This document shows, piece by piece, positions 9,847 through 18,204 of a stretch of 18,204 bases of DNA. The position numbers and the translations under genes are program-made. Within the stretch, counting starts at the first letter, position 1, and every line of letters begins with the position of its first letter. The DNA comes from Octopus sinensis (taxonomy: Eukaryota): the NCBI RefSeq assembly GCF_006345805.1, contig NW_021824536.1:1-18204 (forward strand). Reading direction: 5' to 3'. The notes below the pieces were generated by a model, which was given only the letters and a program-made list of their open reading frames with translations, did no database searches and was not told the DNA's origin.

Positions 9847-10436
9847 TTGGGTTGTCCGGAAAGTTTGTGCCGATTTTTAAAGGAAAGAAAAAGGTCAATA
9901 AATAGTTGCCATTACATTTTTAATCAACCAAATATGAACCATTTTGTTGCACAATGCGTCTCCATCTTTCCTTTAACTTGAAAAATACCCTCTTCCCAGA
10001 ATTGAGGTTGTTTCATGGCAAAGAATTCATCAAGGTATCTTTTTACGTCATCCAAAGAATTGAAATTTTTACCATTAAGACTATTCTGCAGAGACCTGGA
10101 TAAGTGGAAATCCGAAGGAGCAATATCTGGTGAATATGGAGGGTGGGGTAACACATCCCAGCCGAGCTGCAGCAATTTTTGTCTGGTTCCCGAAGCATCA
10201 AATGCCGAAAATGAACTTTCTTATCTTCCATTTTAAAGGGTTACAGAATTAACACAGGTTATAGGAACACAAACCTCCTTCCACGAAAATATAGCTTAAA
10301 CATGGATTTTCCTCTTCAGGTGCCAAGCCCACTGATGGTGATGTAGTCAAATCCTATCTTATGGTCTCGACCATGTTCTAAAATAAGTCGAAAGGTAAGC
10401 TACTATAAATTGGCACAAACTTTCCGGACAACCCAA
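9847..10436 (-). mobile_element. Internally deleted mariner (Tc1/mariner) element, 590 bp
   Basis: 30-bp TIRs 9847-9876 and 10407-10436 (29/30 identical), TA at 9845-9846. Minus strand encodes the N-terminus MEDKKVHFRHLML fused out of frame to the C-terminal transposase LLQLGWDVLPHPPYSPDIAPSDFHL (YSPDLAP motif). Confidence 0.92.
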
Positions 10437-10681
10437 CAGCTAAGTTACAGGAACAGAAACAAACACTGGTCACAAAGAAGTGGTGGGGAACAAACATAAG
10501 CACATATAGCTATAGCAACCTCTTCCTCTTCCAGTCATTTCAGTATGCGGATGCCATCTAACTGACATATGCATGTTCTTTTCTTCCTTCATTTTTTCTC
10601 CCCTCATCTGCTCTTTCTGTAGATGAGTGTATACTCAAAATGTAAAAGAATTTTCCTTCTATTTTTCCAGAACATAAAACT

Positions 10682-10853
10682 GAGTGGCTGTGTGGTAAGT
10701 AGCTTGTTTACCAACCACATGGTTCCGGGTTCAGTCCCACTGTGTGGCACCTTGGGCAAGTGTCTTCTACTATAGCCTTGGACCGACCAAAGCCTTGTGA
10801 GTGGATTTGGTAGACGGAAACTGAAAGAAGCCTGTCGTATATATGTATATATA

Positions 10854-10886
<33 letters not shown>

Positions 10887-11049
10887 AGGCGCAGGAGTGG
10901 CTGTGTGGTAAGTAGCTTGCTTACCAACCACATGGTTCTGGGTTCAGTCCCATTGCATGGCACCTTGGGCAAGTGTCTTCTACTATAGCCTCGGACCGAC
11001 CAAAGCCTTGTGAGTGGATTTGGTAGACGGAAACTGAAAGAAGCCCGTC

Positions 11050-11090
<41 letters not shown>

Positions 11091-11320
11091 TGTGTGTGTT
11101 TGTGCATCTGTGTTTTTCCCCCTGGCATTGCTTGACAACCGATGCTGGTGTGTTTATGTCCCCGTTACTTAGCGGTTCGGCAAAAGAGACCGATAGAATA
11201 AGTACTGGGCTTACAAAAGAATAAGTCCCGGGATCGAGTCGCTCGATTAAAGGCAGTGCTCCAGCATGGCCGCAGTCAAATGACTGAAACAAGTAAAAGA
11301 GTAAAAGAGAGTAAAGAGTT
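10682..11320 (+). mobile_element. Composite SINE on + strand with two heads
   Basis: Heads 10682-10838 and 10887-11049, (TA)n(TG)n linker, 3' domain about 11100-11320. Confidence 0.85.
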
Positions 11321-11379
11321 TTACAACTCTTTTTCATGTTATTTATAATTTTTGCACTACACAGACACACACACACACG

Positions 11380-11640
11380 AAGGGCTTCTTTCATTTCGCT
11401 CCTCTATCAAATCCACTTATAACGCCAGGTCTAAAGTAGATGGCAATTACTCAAGGTGTCATGCAGTGGGACTGAACCTGGAACCATGTGATTGAGAAGG
11501 AAACTTCTTATCAGACAGCTTCACTCAAAATACTACATTACTTCATTTTCCACAATTCCTCTCTGAGGAGTGATTGGCATTAGTAAGGGCATCCAGCCAT
11601 AAGGGTAACCCTGCCAAAATAGATACAGTGAAGCCATGGG
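11380..11640. mobile_element. Old diverged SINE head (minus) and RTE-tail remnant (plus)
   Basis: gggcttctttca...atgcagtgggactgaacctggaaccatgtg; then ggagtgattggcattagtaagggcatccagc. Confidence 0.5.
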
Positions 11641-11682
11641 CAGTTACTTACTTGTTACTTGTGACGGCATAATGTATATATG

Positions 11683-11722
<40 letters not shown>

Positions 11723-11851
11723 TATATATATATGTGGTGTGTATATATATGTGTGTATATATATATATGTGTATATATATGTGTATATATATGTGTATGT
11801 ATATATATGTATATATACATTAACATAAATATACATATAGATAAATATATA

Positions 11852-12260
11852 AGGCGCAGGAGTGGCTGTGTAGTAAGTAGCTTGCTATCCAACCACATGG
11901 TTCCGGGTTCAGTCCCACTGCATAGCACCTTGGGCAAGTGTCTTCTGCTATAGCCTCGGGCCAACCAAAACTCCGGGTGGGTTGAGCCGGCTTCTTCTCT
12001 TTTTGAAGAAGTTTCCTGGGAATATTGAATTCACAAGCGGTCCCCGACATCCCGCATGCATATCCCGAGTAACGGGACGCCCTGTTTGCCGCGGAGTCTC
12101 CACAGACGCAGGGACTGAACGACCTTGGAGCTGCCGGTTGCCGATCAGACGCCTCTTGGAGTGCAGTCTTCTGCCTAGCCAGCTCTACGTCAAACCGTCC
12201 CAACCCATGCCAGCATGGAAAGCAGATGTTAAATGATGATGATGATAATGACGATGATGA
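11852..12260 (+). mobile_element. Chimeric retroposon: 5'-intact SINE head (11852-11969) fused to a GC/CpG-rich segment ending in an RTE-type tail and (GAT)n
   Basis: The head breaks at ccaaccaaa|actccggg; the end is caaaccgtcccaacccatgccagcatggaaagcagatgttaaatgatgatgatg. Confidence 0.6.
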
Positions 12261-12576
12261 AATATAAATAATTCTATCAATCTCCTTTGCTGATCAGCTA
12301 AGTTACGGGGCTGTAAACACACCACATCACCAGCTATGGGCTTCTTTTAGTTTCCATCTACCAAATCCATTCACAAGGCTTTGATTGGTTTGAGGCTATA
12401 ATAGAAGATACCTCCTCAGGGTGCCATGCAGTGGGATTGAACCCGGAGCCACATGGTTGGGAGGCAAACATTTTACCTCACTGCCACGCCTCCACCTATA
12501 TACATACATTTTTTTTTTTTTTTTTTGTACTTGTTTCAGTCATTTGACTGCGGCCATGCTGGAGCACCGCCTTTTA

Positions 12577-12743
12577 GAGTGGTGAAAGAGTACAGCAGGG
12601 ATCACCACCTCCTGCCGGAGCCTCGTGGAGCTTTTTAGGGTTTTTTTCGCTCAATAAACACACTCAACGCCCGGTCTGGGAATCGAAACCGCGATCCTCC
12701 GACCGCAAGTCCGCTGCCCTAACCACTAGGCCATTGCGCCTCC
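12577..12743 (-). mobile_element. Second tRNA-derived SINE family
   Basis: Minus strand ggaggcgcaatggcctagtggttagggcagcggac...gcggtttcgattcccagacc with clear A and B boxes. There is no acceptor stem or CCA context, so it is not called a tRNA. Confidence 0.7.
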
Positions 12744-13240
12744 ATATACATATACATATATATATAATATATACACACGCACAGACTTCAAATACACAGC
12801 ATATATATATACTCATACAGACTCACTCACATGTGCATCTATCAACACTTTTATATATACATGTCCACATCTATCTCTTCACATATGCATATATATACAC
12901 ACACATATATATATACAAATGTATGTCTATATATTTTTATATATAGTGCCTGGTTTGTGTTGAAAACTTGACACCTGTTTAAACACTGGCTCAGTGTGTG
13001 TGTACGTGGCTCAGTATGAGTGTGTGTACGTGTCTCAGTATGTGTGTGCTGGTATGTGTATGGACGTACACACACACACACACATTTATATACACCCGTT
13101 GGCACACTTACTAAAATACACAAACAGTTTATTTTTAGTGCTACATGTATACACCCACAATTATTTATGTAAACAGCGTGCGACAGTCACTCACATGTAT
13201 ATGAATGTGTGTGTGTAACATATGTCTGTATATCTGGGTC

Positions 13241-13279
<39 letters not shown>

Positions 13280-13404
13280 ATGTGTAAGCCTATCCAATTT
13301 CCTTAGGGACCCCACAATGTTAAATATACATATATATACATATATATATACACACGTATATATATACACATATATAGATTACACATATATATACACATAT
13401 ATAG

Positions 13405-13456
<52 letters not shown>

Positions 13457-13475
13457 TATATACACATATATATAT

Positions 13476-13508
<33 letters not shown>

Positions 13509-13561
13509 CATACATATATATACATATATATACATACATATATATACTATATTATACATAC

Positions 13562-13604
<43 letters not shown>

Positions 13605-13730
13605 ACTATATTTACAGGTACATATAAACATATACGTTAACATAAATATACATATAGATAAATATACATATAGAGATACATATATACACACATACACATA
13701 TCTATTTATCTATATATATATATATATATT
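12744..13730. repeat. Compound (TA)n/(CA)n/(TG)n/(TACA)n microsatellite field (a similar field lies at 11663-11850)
   Basis: Direct reading; source of the spurious YI/CV/HT ORFs. Confidence 0.9.
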
Positions 13731-13764
13731 ATAAGGTATACTTGCCATCTCAATATGGCTAACC

Positions 13765-13861
13765 ACTAAGGGTGGGTGTTACTGTAGCTTGTAGCACCAG
13801 GAGAACATTGGGAGACGATGTTGTCCTGGGGCTACAAGCTACAGTAACACCCACCCTTAGT
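13765..13861. other. 97-nt near-perfect inverted repeat (hairpin or tiny MITE)
   Basis: Perfect 31-bp arms 13765-13795 and 13831-13861; pairing continues inward (ccagga/tcctgg, aacat/atgtt) to a loop of about 5 nt. Confidence 0.9.
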
Positions 13862-14409
13862 TCATACCTCGTTCAGAGATTTATTATTGCTTATATAATA
13901 TATATATATTATATATATATAACACACACACACACACGCATATATACATATTCATGTATATACATACTTACACACACACACACATAAATAAACATATATA
14001 TATACCTAAACACATATACAGACATAAACATACATAAATATATATGATAAAGAGTAGCAGACTGGTGGAGATACACTACACAGCCAATTAGGGGACATCT
14101 AGGCAAGCTGTGACAAAGACCGAGACAAAGGGACAGGGGACAGACTCTCCAAGAAACAAGGTGTCTGACAAACAGACAGACAGACAGGAACAATACAAAA
14201 ACAAACGTGAACTGACAGCAGGACAGTAATGAGGGATTGTGATCCTAACGAGGCAAAGGGGGACATCACTGGATAAATGTGGACGGGGGGGACGCATAAG
14301 TGGACACTGATTTTGACAAGTGGACAGGAGGTACTTGTTGATAGGCATGCTGCAAGAAAGGGGGAGGCGGCACAGGTGGACACTGAGACTGACAGGAGGA
14401 CGGGGTAGA

Positions 14410-14824
14410 TAGGTGGACAGTAATGCTGACAAGTGGACAGGAGGTACATGCAGACGGTGATGTGGACAGGAAGGGAGACACAGGTGGACAGTGATGCTGA
14501 CAAGTGGACAGGAGGTACATGCAGACGGTGATGTGGACAGGAAGGGAGACACAGGTGGAGAGTGATGCTGACAAGTGGACAGGAGGTACATGCAGACGGT
14601 GATGTGGACAGGAAGGGAGACACAGGTGGAGAGTGATGCTGACAAGTGGACAGGAAGTACATGCAGACGGTGATGTGGACAGGAAGGGAGACACAGGTGG
14701 ACAGTGATGCTGACAAGTGGACAGGAGGTACATGCAGACGGTGATGCGGACAGGAAGAGAGACACAGGTGGACAGGAGGTACATGCAGACGGTGATGTGG
14801 ACAGGAAGGGAGACACAGGTGGAC
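14410..14824. repeat. 71-nt tandem repeat (about 4.5 full units plus two shortened units)
   Basis: gacaagtggac anchors at 14428, 14499, 14570, 14641 and 14712; degenerate related motifs extend to about 14270. Confidence 0.92.
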
Positions 14825-14861
14825 CAACAACAAAAGAGAGAAGATATTGAGGAGGAAGTAC

Positions 14862-14957
14862 CGTTTTGTGTGGTGGTCACCATCTCGCAGGGAGCCGGAA
14901 TACAGGGACTGGTTGAGATGGGGACTCGGTGGTGAATAGCTTAGAGCAGGACTATGT
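14862..14957 (-). CDS. RYBP: Candidate RYBP cassette exon, 96 nt, phase 2-2 (HSPALSYSPPSPHLNQSLYSGSLRDGDHHTK)
   Basis: Strong acceptor tctctttcttctctccatttcag|A; donor CG|gtactt is weak. Open in the RYBP frame. Confidence 0.55.
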
Positions 14958-15094
14958 CTGAAATGGAGAGAAGAAAGAGATCAGAGTTGAAGCAGGACAT
15001 AATGGAACACAACACCACGGCTGGTGCAGATGTATATAGCGTTGTTATATACACATGAACATCGAAATAAATATCAAATGGAAACAGCAGTTGT

Positions 15095-15746
15095 GATACC
15101 TGTGCCGATGGCACGTAAAAATCACCATCCGAACATGGCCGTTGCCAGCCTTGAATGGCTTCTGTGCCGGTGACACGTAAAAAGCACCATCCGAACGTGG
15201 CCGATGCCAGTGCCGCCTTGACTGGTTTCTGTGCCGGTGGCACATAAAAAGCACCATCCGAACGTGGCCAATGCCAGACTCCCCTGGCTTCTGTGCCGGT
15301 GGAACGTAAAAAGCACCACCCAAACATGGCCGATGCCAGCGCCGCCTCGACTGGCTTCTGTACCGGTGGCACGTAAAAAAAGCACCATCTGAACGTGACC
15401 GATGCCAGTGCTGCCTCGACTGGCTTCTGTGCCGGTGGCACATAAAAAGCACCATCCGAATGTGGCCGATGCCAGCGCCGCCTTAACTGGCTTCTGTGCC
15501 TGCGGCACGTAAAAAGCACCAACCGATCGTGACCGCTGCTAGTCTCCCCTGGCACCTGTGCTGGTGGCACGTAAAAAGCACCCACTACACTCACGGAGTA
15601 GTTGGCGTTAGGAAGGGCATCCAGCTGTAGAAACACTGCCAGATCAGACTGGAGCCTGGTGCAGCCTATTGGGTTCCCAGTCCTCAGTCAAATCGTCCAA
15701 CCCATGCTAGCACGGAAAATGGACATTAAACGATGATGATGATGAT
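15095..15746 (+). mobile_element. RTE-type 3' end with 8 tandem 62-69-nt subrepeats and (ATG)n tail
   Basis: aaaa(g/t)cacc anchors at about 15122, 15184, 15251, 15313, 15382, 15449, 15516 and 15578, followed by the family tail. Confidence 0.8.
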
Positions 15747-15789
15747 ACACATGAAAATACAACTGTATAATAAATAAACCTTTATACTA

Positions 15790-16231
15790 TAGGCAAAAGG
15801 CTTGAAATTTTGCAGAGTCAATTACATCAACCCCAGTACGCAACTGGTACTCATTTTATCAACCCCAAAAGGATGAAAGCATAAATCGACCTTGGCAGAA
15901 TTTGAACTCAGAACGTAAAGATGGACAAAATGTCACTAAGCGTTTTACCCAGCGTGCTAACAACTCTGCCAGCTCACTGCTTTATATTGCAACAAAAACA
16001 ACAAGAATAATAATAGTTTCAAATTTTGCCACAAGGGCAGCAATTTTGGGGGAGGAGAGGGGTCGATTACATTGACCTCACTTTTCAACTGGTACTTATT
16101 TTGTTGACCCCAAAAGGATGAAAGGAAAAGTCGACCTTGGTGGAATTTGAACTCAGAACATAGCGGCAAGCAAAATATTGCTAAGCATTTTGCCTGAAGT
16201 GCTAACAATTCTGCCACCTTTCTGCCTTAAC

Positions 16232-16264
<33 letters not shown>

Positions 16265-16430
16265 CCTTTCTATTATAGACACAAGGCCTGAAACTTGGGG
16301 GGAAGGGGATGAGTCGATCACATCGACCCCCAGTAGGCAACTGGTACTTAAATAATCAACCCCGAAAGGATGAAAGGTAAATTTGACCTTGGTGGAATTT
16401 GAACTCAAAATGTAAAGACAGGAGAAATAC
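15790..16430 (-). mobile_element. Three consecutive diverged copies of a third tRNA-derived SINE family (central tttcatccttt.ggggt.gataaaat.agtaccagttg domain, Meta-SINE-like from memory)
   Basis: Copies at about 15795-15980, 16012-16225 and 16262-16430, separated by (AAC)/(AAT)n; B box gagttcaaattc in each. Confidence 0.7.
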
Positions 16431-16467
16431 TATGAAGTAGAGGTAATGACACTGCTAGCTTGGATGA

Positions 16468-16500
<33 letters not shown>

Positions 16501-16616
16501 CGACCACCACAACAACAATAAAAATAATAATCCTCTCTAATATAAGCACGAGACCTGAAATTTGGAAGATGGTTATTCAATTACATTGAGACGTTTTTAG
16601 GAAGCCACATCTCACA

Positions 16617-16735
16617 TCATCATCATCATCGTTTAGCGTCCGCTTTCCATGCTAGCATGGGTTGGACGGTTCAGCTGGGGTCTGGGAAGCCAGATGGCTG
16701 CACCAGGCTCCAGTCTGATCTGGCAATGTTTCTTC
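16617..16735 (-). mobile_element. Truncated RTE-type 3' tail
   Basis: catcatcatcgtttagcgtccgctttccatgctagcatgggttggacgg. Confidence 0.7.
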
Positions 16736-16817
16736 TACCATAAAGACTTGTGCCTTGGATGGGAACTTTCTAGATGCAATCCCCTAGTCACTCATGATCG
16801 AATGGAGTCTCCACATA

Positions 16818-17911
16818 TACTTTTACTTGTTCCAGTCATTTGATTGTGGCCATGCTGGAGCACCGCCTTTAATCAAGCAACTCGACCCTGGGACTTATTC
16901 TTTGTAAGCCCAGTCCTTATTCTATCGGTCTCTTTTTGCCGAACCGCTAAGTGACGGGGACGTAAACACACCAGCATCGGTTGTCAAGCGATGCTAGGGG
17001 GACAAACACAGACACACAAACACACACATATATATATATATACATATATACGACAGGCTTCTTTCAGTTTCCGTCTACCAAATCAAGGCATTGGTCGGCC
17101 CGGGGCTAATGCTATAGCAGAAGACACTTGCCCAAGATGCCACAGCCAGTGGGACTGAACCCGGAACTATGTGGTTGGTTAGCAAGCTACTTACCACACA
17201 GCCACTCCTGCGCCTATGTATATACATATATACGACGGGCTTCTTTCAGTTTCCGTCTACCAAATCAAGGCATTGGTCGGCCCGGGGCTATAGCAGAAGA
17301 CACTTGCCCAAGATGCCACGCAGTGGGACTGAACCCGGAACTATGTGGTTGGTTAGCAAGCTACTTACCACACAGCCACTCCTGCGCCTATGTATATACA
17401 TATATACGACGGGCTTCTTTCAGTTTCCGTCTACCAAATCAAGGCATTGGTCGGCCCGGGGCTATAGCAGAAGACACTTGCCCAAGATGCCACGCAGTGG
17501 GACTGAACCCGGAACTATGTGGTTGGTTAGCAAGCTACTTACCACACAGCCACTCCTGCGCCTATGTATATACATATATACGACGGGCTTCTTTCAGTTT
17601 CCGTCTACCAAATCAAGGCATTGGTCGGCCCGGGGCTATAGCAGAAGACACTTGCCAAGATGCCACGCAGTGGGACTGAACCCGGAACTATGGTGGTTGG
17701 TTAGCAAGCTACTTACCACACAGCCACTCCTGCGCCTATGTATATACATATATACGACGGGCTTCTTTCAGTTTCCGTCTACCAAATCAAGGCATTGGTC
17801 GGCCCGGGGCTATAGCAGAAGACACTTGCCCAAGATGCCACGCAGTGGGACTGAACCCGGAACTATGTGGTTGGTTAGCAAGCTACTTACCACACAGCCA
17901 CTCCTGCGCCT
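16818..17911 (-). mobile_element. Composite SINE whose head is tandemly amplified x5 (174-nt period)
   Basis: 3' domain 16818-17030; heads start at 17051, 17233, 17407, 17581 and 17755. Confidence 0.92.
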
Positions 17912-18204
17912 ATATATATATATATAAATTTGAAATGGGCGACTCTTGTCTTGGGATTCACGGTCAAACGGCTGGATGGAATTGCGCGAAAAATTACATG
18001 GATGTGTAGAATGATCCGGTGGTGATGCTGGGCTTTGTATTTTTTCATAGCTCCCATGGTTACTGAGATAATCTACTATAATAATACTCTTGTGTTTATG
18101 AATGAGAAAGGAAGGGGTGATAGATGAATAAGGAAGGAGGGAATGATGTCATACTTGGTAGTGGGATGATGAAAATTGTACACTGAAAAATAAATCAAAC
18201 AGCG

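Noticed and set aside
10520-10620. Possible exon after ctcatctacag on the minus strand
   Set aside because: There is a stop in the RYBP-compatible frame and no good donor.
12165-12190. 7SK-like gctggctaggc on the minus strand
   Set aside because: It is only an 11-mer and aligns better with the diverged RTE-tail motif gctggcgaaccagatggctgcacc seen elsewhere in the window.
12660-12743. Functional tRNA gene
   Set aside because: It has A and B boxes but no proper acceptor stem, and it continues into a SINE body.
17128-17927. 183-252 aa ORFs
   Set aside because: These are read-through of the tandem SINE heads (174 nt = 58 codons); the same peptides appear wherever the SINE occurs.

Overview
AT-rich, repeat-dense eukaryotic DNA. 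The SINE and RTE-tail repeat families look like those I recall from Octopus, so a coleoid cephalopod source is inferred but not verified. The window holds the 3' part of one minus-strand gene, RYBP/YAF2 (non-canonical PRC1 subunit). Two exons are recognisable by homology: the terminal exon 1293-1506 (PRLKNIDRSSATHMSVTVGSVTVVITDY, the RING1-binding YAF2_RYBP motif) and exon 3803-3928 (KPRLNTHVAQQNSQQFAPPPKKEK). Upstream, where vertebrate RYBP has only an intron after the zinc-finger exon, four more candidate exons (96, 45, 87 and 87 nt) all have AG/GT ends, are phase 2-2 and are open in the RYBP frame. They would add 105 aa of optional, low-complexity linker. Tandem arrays next to these exons carry splicing motifs on the transcribed strand: a 71-nt array with UGCAUG and YCAY clusters below a weak donor, and a roughly 45-nt array with 15 GUAAGU donor-like hexamers plus UG runs. 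The rest is intronic: tRNA-derived SINEs in both orientations, RTE-type 3' tails, a hAT MITE with a nested SINE, an internally deleted mariner, an 80-nt x12 VNTR beside an A43 tail, a 97-nt near-perfect hairpin and microsatellites. The long ORFs in the supplied track come from repeats, apart from fragments of the RYBP exons and the mariner transposase. The zinc-finger exon is not in the window.
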